DNA of 64,000 nucleotides from an uncultured Anaerolineales bacterium (GCA_964344175.1 CAYFMI010000002.1:6350-70349); one strand, 5' to 3'. Shown: positions 1 through 10,336, counted from the first letter of the stretch. The notes: generated from the sequence alone by a model not told the origin. Numbers and translations: made by a program.

Positions 1-1
1 G

Positions 2-850
2 ATTGAACTCTGGCAGCAATGTAAAGATAGCGGCACTGAACAATCGACGACTTTAGAAATTCCCCGTCAGGGCATATTCATTCAGGGCATCGCCCTGCCC
101 CTGGATGACGCCCTGCCCGGCCACATCTTGATGCTCTTTCAAGATCTGACCCGCGTCCGGCGTTTAGAGACCGTGCGCCGCGACTTCATCAGCAATATCT
201 CACATGAGCTGCGTACCCCCCTGGCTTCGCTAAAAGCCCTCGCAGAAACGCTGCGCAGTGGCGCGCTAGAAGATCCGCCCGCGGCAGAGCGCTTTTTAGA
301 GTTGATGGAAACCGAAGTGGATGCCCTTTCGCAAATGGTCGCCGAATTGCTGGAACTTTCGCGCATCGAATCGGGGCAGGTGCCTCTGGAGCGAGAATCC
401 ATCCATCCACAAGATCTACTTACGCTGGCCAGCGATCGTCTTAAAATGCAGGCGGAACGCGCCGGGGTTAGGTTGATTCTGAAATGCGCGGGCGATTTAC
501 CGCCCCTTCAGGTGGACGCCCCACGTCTCGGACAGGTCTTGGTAAATTTACTGCACAATGCCATTAAGTTCACCCCTGCGGGTGGTGAAATCTGGCTAAC
601 CGCAAAACAGGATGACGAGATGGCTCGCTTTACCGTGCGCGATTCGGGCATAGGCATCCCTGCCGATGACCTGCCGCGCATCTTCGAGCGTTTCTACAAA
701 ACCGACCGTGCCCGCTCCGGCGGAGGCACCGGCCTGGGGTTAGCCATTGCCAAACATTTGGTTGAGGCGCACGGGGGAGAGATTCGGGTAGAAAGTACCG
801 AAGGACAGGGGAGTACATTTTCCTTCACAATTCCGGTCGCCCCGGCATGA
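2..850 (+). CDS. Sensor histidine kinase, PhoR-like; 5' end lies outside the window
   Basis: The frame is open from base 2; the listed ORF 128..850 is only the part after an internal start. H-box [14 protein letters not shown]-box [10 protein letters not shown]1 RDSGIGI, G2 GGTGLGLAI. Lies 3.5 kb from pstSCAB-phoU. Confidence 0.85.
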   Translation: MELWQQCKDSGTEQSTTLEIPRQGIFIQGIALPLDDALPGHILMLFQDLTRVRRLETVRRDFISNISHELRTPLASLKALAETLRSGALEDPPAAERFLELMETEVDALSQMVAELLELSRIESGQVPLERESIHPQDLLTLASDRLKMQAERAGVRLILKCAGDLPPLQVDAPRLGQVLVNLLHNAIKFTPAGGEIWLTAKQDDEMARFTVRDSGIGIPADDLPRIFERFYKTDRARSGGGTGLGLAIAKHLVEAHGGEIRVESTEGQGSTFSFTIPVAPA

Positions 851-924
851 TCTTGCCACTTGAGTGCCAGCCAATAAACCCATTAAAAAAGCCCAGAAAC
901 ACAATGTCCTATTCGCCGTGCGCT

Positions 925-2073
925 TCAAGGGTTTTGACCGCCAAAGAATCCCTGATCTTGCAAAACACCCTCAAAAGCCTGACACGCATCGGCAACCGCT
1001 TTCTCGCGCCAGGCCATTTCTGTGGGGGAAAACAACGCACTGAACTCGATTTTAGCGTGTTGCGCGGCGGCATCATTGATAGCTCCGCACCAGTGGAATT
1101 GATTCTCCCGAATAATCGCCTGCATACTGCGCACTCCTGCCAGCAGAGAATTGCCTAATGTGCCAAACTCGAAAGCCGCAGCATAGAGACTCTTTTCCGG
1201 AAACTCACTTTGCACGAACTGATACACCCAATCCATCATATCCCCCTGGATGCTATAAAATTCATTCGGGGTTGCCGCGACCACCTCGGGGTAGTCAAAT
1301 GCCCGCGCCAACGCTTCGGAAGGGCGCGGCTCCAACGGCGAGTTGACCAAACTCATCTGATAACGCGGCCCATAGCCCGTGTGCATATCTAAATGCACAA
1401 TCCGGGCATATTTTGCAATCGCATCCCGGCACAACCCCATTATCACCCCGGTCTCTTCTTCAACTTGCTGCCCTCCAAAATATACACCTTGCGGAAATTC
1501 GTACTGCCCGTTCAACATCCCGGCGCGCAACGTGGCTTCGCCCGGAGAGAGCAGCATGCGCATCAGTTGAGAGGTAAATTTCAAGGTCGAGAGTAACCCA
1601 ACCCGGAGTGGATCTTGCGGGTTGAGAAAGGCATTCAAGGATCTGTAATTCGGGTTGGCTGCCGGAGAGAAGGTTTTCCCATCCCCGATGAAGTTGCGGT
1701 TCAGATCTACGTTATTGGGGTTGACGCGGCGATTGTGCTGCATCCCCCACGGATTGATAGCATGAACAAGCAGCAAGCCGGTATCTTGCGGGTTGAGCCG
1801 GGACAGATACTCCTCGATGAAGAGTTGCATCATCGCCGAGCCAACAATGCCCTCTGCGCCGTGCTCACCGGTGGTGAGCATAAACAACTTTTCAGGCTGC
1901 TCCAGCGCCTCAGAGCGCAGCCAGTCGATGGTCAGGTCGGGGTGTTTAGTCAGGGCGTGGCAACTTAATTCGGCGTTCGGCCAACGCTCTTGCACACGGG
2001 CAAGCTGACCGCGAAAACGTTGGCGTGATGTGATGTAGTTTTTGGGAAACAAGGCAAGAAGCTCTGATTTCAT
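925..2073 (-). CDS. M14-type zinc carboxypeptidase-like protein (DUF2817 / succinylglutamate desuccinylase-aspartoacylase superfamily)
   Basis: 382-aa ORF. Motifs GEHGAEG, NPWGM, NVDLNRNF and HLDMHTGYG fit the M14-like fold. AAGGAAAG lies 6 nt upstream of the ATG at 2073. Confidence 0.65.
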   Translation of the reverse strand: MKSELLALFPKNYITSRQRFRGQLARVQERWPNAELSCHALTKHPDLTIDWLRSEALEQPEKLFMLTTGEHGAEGIVGSAMMQLFIEEYLSRLNPQDTGLLLVHAINPWGMQHNRRVNPNNVDLNRNFIGDGKTFSPAANPNYRSLNAFLNPQDPLRVGLLSTLKFTSQLMRMLLSPGEATLRAGMLNGQYEFPQGVYFGGQQVEEETGVIMGLCRDAIAKYARIVHLDMHTGYGPRYQMSLVNSPLEPRPSEALARAFDYPEVVAATPNEFYSIQGDMMDWVYQFVQSEFPEKSLYAAAFEFGTLGNSLLAGVRSMQAIIRENQFHWCGAINDAAAQHAKIEFSALFSPTEMAWREKAVADACQAFEGVLQDQGFFGGQNP

Positions 2074-2187
2074 ACTTTGCTTTCCTTGCTACGAATTCAT
2101 GGGCTGCTATCGATTTCAGAATCTAACCGAAAATTTGCCTTCAGACTGCGGTTCCTGGCAGGAACCGCAGTCCTGTATAGCGCTGTG

Positions 2188-2529
2188 TTAGGCTCGTTTC
2201 ACAAATCCAAAATAGACCAACCCCACGATCATCGGGACAAAGAGCAGCGCTTTGCCGATAGTAAGCAAGTCGAAGTCATTAAAGTTAAAAATCCCGACTA
2301 CCGGAATAGCGATGACCAACAGCCCTAGAATGGCTAGGATGATCGAAACTTTTTTCCCTTTTATCCCCCGTAACACCAGCCAGGCGGGCAACAACATCAA
2401 TAGCGGCAATATGACCGCGACCGGAAGAAAGTCGTTATTTTGGATATCAACAACAGCCTGATACACAATCCCACCCGCGATGACTAAAATATATAACCAT
2501 ACATAAACTTGTAACGCCTTTTTCCACAT
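2188..2529 (-). CDS. Small integral membrane protein, unknown function
   Basis: ORF 2188..2574. Start moved to the ATG at 2529, which is preceded by AAAGGAGAA. The product is almost entirely hydrophobic (3-4 TM segments). Confidence 0.5.
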   Translation of the reverse strand: MWKKALQVYVWLYILVIAGGIVYQAVVDIQNNDFLPVAVILPLLMLLPAWLVLRGIKGKKVSIILAILGLLVIAIPVVGIFNFNDFDLLTIGKALLFVPMIVGLVYFGFVKRA

Positions 2530-2595
2530 ACAATTCTCCTTTTTGTTGTTAGCCAGAACTTCTACTACATTCACATAAAAATCTGCTTACGTCCG

Positions 2596-4050
2596 CTAAA
2601 ACGGCCCGTAACCAATTGCCACGCCAAGCCCGAGGAAGGCCACCGTCACCAGGATCACCACACCCCACAACGGCAGTGTCCATTTGAGCCATTTGGGGTA
2701 GCTGACTACGGTCAGGCCAAGAATAATCAACAAAAGCGGGTTGGTGGGGTAAACCAGATTAGAGAAACCATCGCCGAAGCAGTAGGCCGTAACCGTGACC
2801 TGCCGCGTCACGCCGACCAGATCGGCCAGCGGCAGCAAGATGGGCATCATTAAAAAGGCTTTTGCCGAACCCGAGGCAACAAAGAACTCGATCAGCAACG
2901 CTAAGAAGTAAATCATCACTGCTGAGACAAAGGGGCTGGCCTGCGAAAACGGCCGCGCCGCGCTGTGCAGGATGGTATCCATGATGCCGCCTTCCACGAC
3001 GATATGCTTGATGCTGACCGCCATCAAGATCAGGATAATCCCTGGGGCAATACCCGAAACACCCTCCCACAAAGCTTTGAACACATCCCTCTTCGGGCCA
3101 CCGGCCAACATACCGGCGCCGAGGCCCCCGATCAAGAAGAAAATCCCCACCAGAGGCAAAGCATAATCCGAAACTGTCGGGATAAATGGGCCACCGATCA
3201 GCACAAAAAGAATCAACACAACAAATACCGAAAACCAGGCCATCGCCCGTCCCAAATGCGGGCTGGATTGCGCGAGTACAGCCAGATCTAGATCAGCATA
3301 TTTAGCGCGTTCGGCTTTGCCTTCTTCATGTACCAGTGAATCTTCAGGGTTGCGTTCAACTCGTTTGGCGTAGCGCACCAGGAAGACGGCAAAGACGGCA
3401 TAGATCACAATGAAAATTGGTACGCGGAACCAGGCCCCGGAGAACAACGGCAGCCCGGCGATTTTTTGGGCAATGCCAATGGTAAAGGGGTTGGTAATCG
3501 CCGCCGAAAAGCCCATATTGGTCGCCAGCACGCTCATGCCCAGACCGACGAGGGCGTCCCAACCGAGATAATAAGAGAGTGCCAGCATCAGGGGCACCAG
3601 GGGGACAATTTCTTCAAGAATGCCAAAGAAAGCCCCCAGCGCCATGAAGAAGAATGATATCACCAGTAAGAGCAGGTATTTTTTGCCGCCAAAGGCGCCC
3701 ACAATTCTGGCAATGCCCGCCTTAAGCAGACCGACATGATCGAGCACTGCGAAAGAGCCGCCCACCATCAAGATGAAGAGAATGATAACGATCACAATCA
3801 GGCCGTCTGGCCCGCCCAGCACTTCTAGCGGGGCAGTGAGCCAGCGCCAGATGGGGTAACTGGGCTTTTCGACAAACTCAAAGGAATCGGCGTCGATCAG
3901 TTCACGGCCATCAACCTGTGGAATGCGTTCGTAATTTCCCGCCGGGAGAACCAGGGTAAGCGCCCCCGCAATCATCATGATCGCAAACAGAATAATGACC
4001 GACTGAACAAAGGCTTTGGCGCTGATTTGCGCTCCGGCTTTGGCTTCCAT
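2596..4050 (-). CDS. YfcC/DcuC-superfamily polytopic transporter
   Basis: ORF 2596..4119. Start placed at ATG 4050 (AAGGAGAG SD). Many hydrophobic segments. N-terminal LTLVLPAGNYERI and central NPFTIGIAQ resemble YfcC-family proteins. Family call is from memory, not from a search. Confidence 0.6.
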   Translation of the reverse strand: MEAKAGAQISAKAFVQSVIILFAIMMIAGALTLVLPAGNYERIPQVDGRELIDADSFEFVEKPSYPIWRWLTAPLEVLGGPDGLIVIVIILFILMVGGSFAVLDHVGLLKAGIARIVGAFGGKKYLLLLVISFFFMALGAFFGILEEIVPLVPLMLALSYYLGWDALVGLGMSVLATNMGFSAAITNPFTIGIAQKIAGLPLFSGAWFRVPIFIVIYAVFAVFLVRYAKRVERNPEDSLVHEEGKAERAKYADLDLAVLAQSSPHLGRAMAWFSVFVVLILFVLIGGPFIPTVSDYALPLVGIFFLIGGLGAGMLAGGPKRDVFKALWEGVSGIAPGIILILMAVSIKHIVVEGGIMDTILHSAARPFSQASPFVSAVMIYFLALLIEFFVASGSAKAFLMMPILLPLADLVGVTRQVTVTAYCFGDGFSNLVYPTNPLLLIILGLTVVSYPKWLKWTLPLWGVVILVTVAFLGLGVAIGYGPF

Positions 4051-4288
4051 GATGCTCTCCTTTACGTAATTCTGCTCACTGCTAAGTTTAGCATGTTTTG
4101 GGAATGACAAAACTCCCAATCGTCAGCCGCGCCAGGGCTTTCTTAAAGTCGAAACGAAAAGCGCTTTTACCGCTGAGAGCGCAAAGAACGCAGAGAAAAA
4201 TTTAAAAAACTCAGCGAACCCGGCGTTCTCTGCGGTAAATTTCTGGTATAGCACAAATTTAAGAAAGCCGTGTCAGCCGCGCATCCAT

Positions 4289-4348
4289 GTTAACAGCTGT
4301 TAACCTATCCTTGACACGCTATTAAAGTGACCATGCTATTCTGTTAAC
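4289..4348 (+). promoter_or_regulatory. Candidate Pho-box-like operator plus promoter upstream of pstS
   Basis: Three exact TGTTAAC copies start at 4289, 4299 and 4342. The first two are 10 bp apart and the third is 43 bp further on. They bracket TTGACA (4311..4316), a 17-nt spacer and TGCTAT (4334..4339). The block ends 70 nt before the pstS ATG. Confidence 0.4.
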
Positions 4349-4417
4349 CATCACGCGCTACACTATGCGCGTCCGTATAAAAATTCATTTTCTTAACCCT
4401 CAAGGAGAAAAGAAAAA

Positions 4418-5470
4418 ATGCAATCTCGATTTATCAAACTGCTGTCGCAGCTTGTTTTGACAACCGCCCTTTTAGCTGCTTGCGGCGCACAAGAACCTGT
4501 CGCCCCGCCGCAGACGGAAGCCACCGCAGAACCCCAAACCGTAGCAACCGAGGAAGCTACGATGGAAGAAGAAGCCCCTGCGGAAGAACCCATGCACGAA
4601 GGCATAATGCTTCCTGCTGTGGATCCTCTCGCTGTGAGCGGCGACGTGATCTCTGCTGGCAGTTCCACCGTCTTCCCGCTAGCCGAAGTGATGGCCGCCC
4701 GCTTCCAGGACGAAGGCTTTGCCGGTCAGGTCACCATCGATTCCATCGGCTCCGGCGGCGGCTTCGAGCGTTTCTGCGAGACCGGTGAGACCGATGTCTC
4801 CAATGCTTCCCGCCCCATCAAAGACGGCGAAGTCGAAGCCTGCGCCGCCATTGGCCGCACCCCCATCGAGTTCCGCGTCGGCACCGATGCCCTCGCCGTG
4901 ACCGTCAGTCAGGAGAATGACTTCCTCTCCAACGTCACCCTTGAAGAACTGGCCGCCATCTTCTCCACCGCCGATACCTGGGCCGATGTCAACCCCGACT
5001 GGCCTGCCGAGCCGATTGTGCGCTACATCCCCGGCACCGACAGCGGAACCTTCGACTACTTCGTCGAAGAAGTCTTCGATGAAGACGAAGAACCTATCCT
5101 TAGCGCTGCCAACCTCAATCTCTCAGAAGATGACAACGTGCTCGTTCAGGGGATCCTGGGCAGCCCCTACGCCATCGGTTTCTTCGGCTACGCCTACTAC
5201 GCCGAAAACGCCGACACGCTCACCGTGCTCTCCATCGAAGGTATCGAACCCTCCGCCGAGAACGTGGACAACAACGCCTACCCCCTGGCTCGCCCGCTGT
5301 TCATCTACTCCGATGCCGCCATCATGCAGAGTAAACCTCAGGTTGCCGCTTATATCAACTTCTTCCTGACTTATGTCAACGAAGAAATCGTCGATGTCGG
5401 CTACTTCCCCGCCAGCGCCGAAGCCCTAGAAGCTTCCATGCAAAACTGGCTCGATGGTATGGAACAGTAA
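4418..5470 (+). CDS. pstS: Phosphate ABC transporter substrate-binding lipoprotein PstS
   Basis: Lipobox LLAACG followed by an acidic Ala/Glu/Pro linker. Motifs GSSTVFPL, GSGGGF, NASRP and GTDSGTFDYF. AAGGAGAA SD. First gene of the pstSCAB order. Confidence 0.93.
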   Translation: MQSRFIKLLSQLVLTTALLAACGAQEPVAPPQTEATAEPQTVATEEATMEEEAPAEEPMHEGIMLPAVDPLAVSGDVISAGSSTVFPLAEVMAARFQDEGFAGQVTIDSIGSGGGFERFCETGETDVSNASRPIKDGEVEACAAIGRTPIEFRVGTDALAVTVSQENDFLSNVTLEELAAIFSTADTWADVNPDWPAEPIVRYIPGTDSGTFDYFVEEVFDEDEEPILSAANLNLSEDDNVLVQGILGSPYAIGFFGYAYYAENADTLTVLSIEGIEPSAENVDNNAYPLARPLFIYSDAAIMQSKPQVAAYINFFLTYVNEEIVDVGYFPASAEALEASMQNWLDGMEQ

Positions 5471-5488
5471 GAAAATACTAGAAAAGAA

Positions 5489-5522
5489 GACCCTAAAGGT
5501 TTTTCAAAAAACCTTTAGGGTC
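5489..5522 (+). terminator. Perfect 16-bp hairpin after pstS (attenuator/terminator-like)
   Basis: GACCCTAAAGGTTTTT / AAAAACCTTTAGGGTC, 19 nt after the pstS stop and 19 nt before pstC. Confidence 0.55.
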
Positions 5523-5540
5523 TATTGTCGTTAAGGACAG

Positions 5541-6506
5541 ATGATGACCCAACAGACAGAAGCTGTACCCCCAACAACTCCCCTTTCACATAGGAGTAGC
5601 TATCACCGCTCCTCCAGCTTGCGTAAACGTCGTAATCCCGGCGAGAGCATTATCCAGGCCCTGCTCTTTTTAGCCGGGGCAATTTCGATACTAACCACTA
5701 TCGGGATCGTTTATGAATTGGGTAAGGAATCGCTCCATTTCCTGCAGCAGGTCTCAATGCTCGAATTTTTCACACAAACCAAATGGAATCCCCAACTGGG
5801 CAACTTTGGCATTTGGCCTCTGTTGAATGCCACAATGATGACTTCCACAACGGCCATGCTGGTAGCTCTGCCCCTTGGTCTGAGTATTGCCATTTACTTG
5901 AGCGAATACGCCACCCCCAAAACCCGCGCCGCCTTAAAACCCATTCTCGAAGTATTAGCAGGCATCCCTACCGTAGTCTATGGTTATTTTGCGCTCACCT
6001 TTGTGACCCCGTTGCTGCGGAACATCTTTGGCAATGATGTCGTTGAAATTTACAACACCGCCTCCGCCGGTATTGTCATCGGCATTCTAATTATCCCCCT
6101 GGTCAGCTCGATGAGTGAAGATGCTCTCAGCGCGGTACCGCGCGCCCTGCGCGAAGCTTCTTATGGGCTGGGCGCAACCAAACTTGAAACCGCCGTCAAG
6201 GTGGTGCTGCCCGCGGCTCTCTCCGGTATCGTCGCGGCTTTTATTGTCGCCATCTCGCGCGCTATCGGCGAGACGATGATCGTTGCAGTCGCTGCGGGGG
6301 CGGGGCCAAACTTCACCTTCAACCCCTTCCAACCCGCCGAAACCATGACCGGTCACATCGTGCGCATCAGCGGGGGCGACCTGAGCTACAACTCGATCGA
6401 CTACAACTCCATTTTCGCCATCGGTCTATTTTTATTCTTTATCACCCTTTCGCTGAACATCGTCAGTCAGCGTGTGGTGCGCCGCTTTCGGGAGGTCTAC
6501 GAATGA
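5541..6506 (+). CDS. pstC: Phosphate ABC transporter permease PstC
   Basis: Six hydrophobic segments and EAA-type loop [16 protein letters not shown]. Position after pstS. ATGA overlap with the next gene. Confidence 0.92.
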   Translation: MMTQQTEAVPPTTPLSHRSSYHRSSSLRKRRNPGESIIQALLFLAGAISILTTIGIVYELGKESLHFLQQVSMLEFFTQTKWNPQLGNFGIWPLLNATMMTSTTAMLVALPLGLSIAIYLSEYATPKTRAALKPILEVLAGIPTVVYGYFALTFVTPLLRNIFGNDVVEIYNTASAGIVIGILIIPLVSSMSEDALSAVPRALREASYGLGATKLETAVKVVLPAALSGIVAAFIVAISRAIGETMIVAVAAGAGPNFTFNPFQPAETMTGHIVRISGGDLSYNSIDYNSIFAIGLFLFFITLSLNIVSQRVVRRFREVYE

Positions 6507-7729
6507 ACGAGTTCAAGGCCAACCTCGCTGCCCGTCATCGTGCCGGGCGCATTTGGCGCGCGATCTTTCGAGTTTCCACGCTCATTGGTATCCTGGCGCT
6601 CATTACACTATTGCTTAACATCGCCAACTCCGCTTTTGGTTATGTCGCCATCGAGAACGAAATCAACCCCGAAGATCTGGCAATTAACGGCATTCCGATC
6701 GAGCAGCTTCATCCGGTAGATCTAGTCTGGATTTTGGAGCAGAATGTTTCGGCGGGGCTTTTTCGTCGGCTGGAGAGTGAATTGCCCTGGGAGGCACGCT
6801 CCCGCGATGAAATATATCATTTGGTGGTAGAACGCGTCGTCAACCCGCAGGTAGTTCAAACCTGGAGTTTGAGTGGATCGTTGTTTAACCAGGCTGAGGT
6901 TCAATCTGAAGCCGTCGAAAAATATCCCACCGCAACCGTCGAATTCAAATCCTGGCTCACGCCCAGTTTTCTCACCACACCCCAATCGCCGGAACCGGAA
7001 CGTGCCGGTGTGCGCACAGCTTTCCTGGGGTCGCTATGGACAATTGCTATCACCATCTTATTTGCCTTCCCACTCGGCGTCGGGGCAGCGATTTATCTCG
7101 AAGAATATGCGACAGATAATCCCTTCAACCGCTTGATTCAGACCAATATTAACAATCTCGCCGGTGTGCCATCGATTATTTACGGGATGCTGGGGTTGGC
7201 GATTTTTGTCCGAGGCATGGAATCCTTCACCAGTGGCGCCATCTTTGGGCTGGTCGAGGATGTCACCACCGCCAACGGGCGCACCATCATCTCGGCAGGG
7301 ATGACCCTCGGGCTGCTCATCCTGCCGCTCATCATTATCAACGCGCAAGAGGCCATCAAGGCCGTACCCAGCTCACTGCGACAGGCCAGCTATGGCATGG
7401 GCGCTACCCGCTGGCAAACCGTCTGGCATCATGTGCTGCCCAACGCGATATCTGGCATTCTGACAGGCACAATTCTGGCGATCTCACGCGCCATTGGTGA
7501 GACGGCCCCGCTGGTCGTGGTCGGCGCATCTACCTTTATTACCTTCGACCCGGACGGGCCATTCTCAAAGTTCACTACTTTGCCGATCCAAATTTACCAG
7601 TGGACAGCGCGCCCCCAGGCCGAATTCCGCAATATTGCCGCGGCAGCCATCCTTGTGCTGCTGGCACTATTGCTCTCGATGAATGCGGCGGCAGTGGTAC
7701 TACGAAATCGGTACAGTCGAAAACTATGA
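6503..7729 (+). CDS. pstA: Phosphate ABC transporter permease PstA (long form with an extracytoplasmic insert after TM1)
   Basis: Loop [15 protein letters not shown]. 408 aa, with about 130 non-hydrophobic residues between the first and second TM segments. Start overlaps the pstC stop. Confidence 0.9.
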   Translation: MNEFKANLAARHRAGRIWRAIFRVSTLIGILALITLLLNIANSAFGYVAIENEINPEDLAINGIPIEQLHPVDLVWILEQNVSAGLFRRLESELPWEARSRDEIYHLVVERVVNPQVVQTWSLSGSLFNQAEVQSEAVEKYPTATVEFKSWLTPSFLTTPQSPEPERAGVRTAFLGSLWTIAITILFAFPLGVGAAIYLEEYATDNPFNRLIQTNINNLAGVPSIIYGMLGLAIFVRGMESFTSGAIFGLVEDVTTANGRTIISAGMTLGLLILPLIIINAQEAIKAVPSSLRQASYGMGATRWQTVWHHVLPNAISGILTGTILAISRAIGETAPLVVVGASTFITFDPDGPFSKFTTLPIQIYQWTARPQAEFRNIAAAAILVLLALLLSMNAAAVVLRNRYSRKL

Positions 7730-7829
7730 GTTTTAAATGGAACGCGGATAACGCGGATTAAACGGATTTTCACAGATCAAAACAAAAAAAGTAACTGCTC
7801 AGGCAAAATCTCCGTAGAGAAAATATCGA

Positions 7830-7876
7830 AAAAAGGGTATGCGTAGGGGGCTGCGCCCCCTACGCATACCCTTTTT
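7830..7876. terminator. Long palindromic hairpin with flanking A5/T5 runs inside the pstA-pstB spacer
   Basis: AAAAAGGGTATGCGTAGGGGGC-TG-CGCCCCCTACGCATACCCTTTTT, a stem of about 20 bp. It would read as stem plus U-tract on either strand. Confidence 0.6.
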
Positions 7877-7926
7877 CGGCCTCTTCCGGTTCGAGGCTGA
7901 ATAGTTACCCAAAAAGAGAATTAATT

Positions 7927-8700
7927 ATGACAAACAACAACTACGCGATCGAAGCCCGTGATCTTCGCATTTTCTACGGAGATTTCCTGGCTGTCAAAGA
8001 TGTCAACCTAAAAATCGAGTTACATAAAATCACGGCCATTATCGGCCCATCGGGATGCGGCAAAAGCACCATGCTGCGGGCCTTCAACCGTATGAACGAG
8101 TTAGTGCCCACCGCCCGCGCCGAGGGGCAGGTACTCTATCATGGTGAGAATATCTACGCTCCCGATGTGGATCCCGTTGAAGTGCGCCGCCGCATTGGGA
8201 TGGTTTTTCAAAAGCCGAATCCCTTCCCGAAGAGCATTTATGAAAACATTGCCTGGGGCGCACGCATCAACGGCTATCAGGGCAATATGGATGAACTTGT
8301 CGAGCAATCGTTGCGCGGCGCAGCCATTTGGGAAGAGGTCAAAGATAAACTTGACCAGAGCGGGCTTTCGCTTTCGGGCGGTCAGCAGCAGCGTTTGTGC
8401 ATTGCCCGCACGATCGCCATCAAACCCGACATTATCCTGATGGATGAACCGGCCTCGGCATTGGATCCCATTGCTACCTTAAAGATCGAAGAACTGATGC
8501 GCGAACTTTCCAGGCGTTACACCATCATTGTTGTCACCCATAACATGCAGCAAGCTGCTCGCGTTTCGGACTATACGGCCTTCTTTAATCTCGGCGAGGG
8601 CCGTGCAGGGATACTAGAAGAATATGGCGAAACCCACAAGATTTTCACCAACCCCAGCAAACAAACCACCGAAGACTATATCACCGGCCGTTTTGGCTAA
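7927..8700 (+). CDS. pstB: Phosphate ABC transporter ATP-binding protein PstB
   Basis: Walker [10 protein letters not shown], signature [13 protein letters not shown], Walker B ILMDEP. 257 aa. Confidence 0.95.
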   Translation: MTNNNYAIEARDLRIFYGDFLAVKDVNLKIELHKITAIIGPSGCGKSTMLRAFNRMNELVPTARAEGQVLYHGENIYAPDVDPVEVRRRIGMVFQKPNPFPKSIYENIAWGARINGYQGNMDELVEQSLRGAAIWEEVKDKLDQSGLSLSGGQQQRLCIARTIAIKPDIILMDEPASALDPIATLKIEELMRELSRRYTIIVVTHNMQQAARVSDYTAFFNLGEGRAGILEEYGETHKIFTNPSKQTTEDYITGRFG

Positions 8701-8718
8701 TCATAGAGGTAACTACTC

Positions 8719-9423
8719 ATGAGCAACCTATCGCCACGCGAGACCTTAGATCGACAACTCGAACAACTGCACACGCAACTCTTGATGCTGGGCAGCATGG
8801 TCGAACAAGCCGCCCTCGACTCGGTCACAGCCCTCAAACACCGTGACTATGCCTCTGCCCAACGCACCTACGACAACGATCAACAAGTCAATGAAAAGCG
8901 CTTTAAAATTGAGAGTGACTGCATTGCCCTGATTGCCACCCAGCAGCCAATGGCGCGCGATTTGCGAATTTTGGCATCAATTTTAGACGTCGCCACCGAG
9001 TTAGAACGCATGGGCGATTACGCCAAAGGCATCGCCCGCATCTGTTTGTTGATGAAAGATCAGCCCACCATGAAACCGGCCATCGACTTACCGCGCATGG
9101 CCGAAATCACCACCGATATGCTGCACCGCGCCCTGAAGGCTTTTGTGGCTGCCGATGCAGAGCAGGCGCTGGCAATTCCTAAGGAAGACAGACAAGTTGA
9201 TGACCTGTATAATCACATCAATCGTGTGTTGCTCACCCAGATGATCGCTGACCCCGCCACAATTGACCAAGCCAATTATCTGACCTGGGCGGCACATAAC
9301 CTGGAACGCATGGCCGATCGCGTCACCAATATCTGTGAGCGGGCGCTCTATATCGCCACCGGCGAAATGCGAGAATTAGATTCATTGGATGATGAAACAA
9401 ATGACAATCACCCCTCAGCGTAA
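8719..9423 (+). CDS. phoU: Phosphate signalling/transport regulator PhoU
   Basis: 234 aa with a duplicated helical PhoU repeat (E..VN/E..VD segments). Canonical position after pstB. Confidence 0.88.
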   Translation: MSNLSPRETLDRQLEQLHTQLLMLGSMVEQAALDSVTALKHRDYASAQRTYDNDQQVNEKRFKIESDCIALIATQQPMARDLRILASILDVATELERMGDYAKGIARICLLMKDQPTMKPAIDLPRMAEITTDMLHRALKAFVAADAEQALAIPKEDRQVDDLYNHINRVLLTQMIADPATIDQANYLTWAAHNLERMADRVTNICERALYIATGEMRELDSLDDETNDNHPSA

Positions 9424-9826
9424 GGTCTTATTTCTCTGCACCGGAAATTCCTGCCGCTCGCAAATGGCAGAGGCCATTGTCAATCATCGGCTTGGCGACC
9501 AATGGCAAGCTTTTAGCGCGGGCACAAAGCCTTCGGGCTATGTCCACCCCCGGGCTTTGCAAGCGCTTAAAGAGATAGGCATCCTCCACCAGGGTCTGTC
9601 GAAACACACCGATCAACTGCGAGGCATTGTTTTCGATTTCGTCATCACCGTGTGCGACTCAGCAGCAGAAGATTGCCCGCTCTGGCTGGGTAAAGGTCAA
9701 AAAATTCATATAGGATTTGATGATCCCGCAGAAGCGACCGGATCGGATAAGGAGATCATCACCGTCTTCCGTAGAGTGCGCGATGAAATCGCAGAACAAA
9801 TTCCCGAGGTTCTCCGTAATCTATAA
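9389..9826 (+). CDS. arsC: Arsenate reductase, thioredoxin-coupled LMW-PTP type
   Basis: P-loop CTGNSCRSQMAE (CX5R[S/T]) and downstream Cys pair VITVCDSAAEDCP. The possible ATG starts (9389, 9392, 9401) all lie inside the phoU 3' end. Confidence 0.85.
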   Translation: MMKQMTITPQRKVLFLCTGNSCRSQMAEAIVNHRLGDQWQAFSAGTKPSGYVHPRALQALKEIGILHQGLSKHTDQLRGIVFDFVITVCDSAAEDCPLWLGKGQKIHIGFDDPAEATGSDKEIITVFRRVRDEIAEQIPEVLRNL

Positions 9827-9872
9827 GAACACGGCTGCTTTTTCGCAACTCAGGCTATAAGCACCTTTTAAT

Positions 9873-10313
9873 TCAGGTCTGAGGAATAGCTCTTTTCGCC
9901 AGTTGATCCACGCGTTCATTTTCCCGCTGACCGGCATGACCGCGCACCCAATGCCAGGTAATTTCATGCTCTTGAATGGCATCATCGAGCGCTTTCCATA
10001 AATCTTGGTTTTTGACCGGTTTCCGGGCCGCCGTCTTCCACCCTTTGCGCTTCCAGGTCGTAATCCATGCGGTAATACCCTTCTGCAGGTATTCAGAATC
10101 GGTAAAAAAATCGATCTGGCAGGGCTGTTTGAGGGTGCGCAAGGCTTCGATAGCTGCGGTCAATTCCATGCGGTTGTTGGTGGTGTCGGCAGCTCCACCG
10201 CTGAGTTCTTTTTCATGTCTGCCAGAACGCAGCAACACCCCCCAACCGCCCGGGCCGGGGTTGCCATAACAGGCGCCATCGGTATAGATCGTTACGTGAG
10301 GGAGTTCTGTCAT
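9873..10313 (-). CDS. rnhA: Ribonuclease HI
   Basis: Motifs [28 protein letters not shown] and [20 protein letters not shown]. Start set to ATG 10313 ([13 protein letters not shown]) rather than the TTG at 10340. Confidence 0.92.
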   Translation of the reverse strand: MTELPHVTIYTDGACYGNPGPGGWGVLLRSGRHEKELSGGAADTTNNRMELTAAIEALRTLKQPCQIDFFTDSEYLQKGITAWITTWKRKGWKTAARKPVKNQDLWKALDDAIQEHEITWHWVRGHAGQRENERVDQLAKRAIPQT

Positions 10314-10336
10314 TGGCCCTGTTCGCGTGGCTGCGA

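Noticed and set aside
4172-4234. Interleaved short inverted repeats (GCTGAG/CTCAGC and CGCAGAGAA/TTCTCTGCG) in the yfcC-pstS divergent region.
   Set aside because: The stems are only 6-9 bp with long loops, and the arms interleave rather than nest. There is no U-tract. I cannot distinguish this from chance or from a degenerate repeat remnant.
7742-7767. Short tandem ACGCGGAT ACGCGGAT ... ACGGAT in the pstA-pstB spacer.
   Set aside because: It has only 2.5 short units and no second locus in the window. It is noted under the spacer finding but not treated as a feature.
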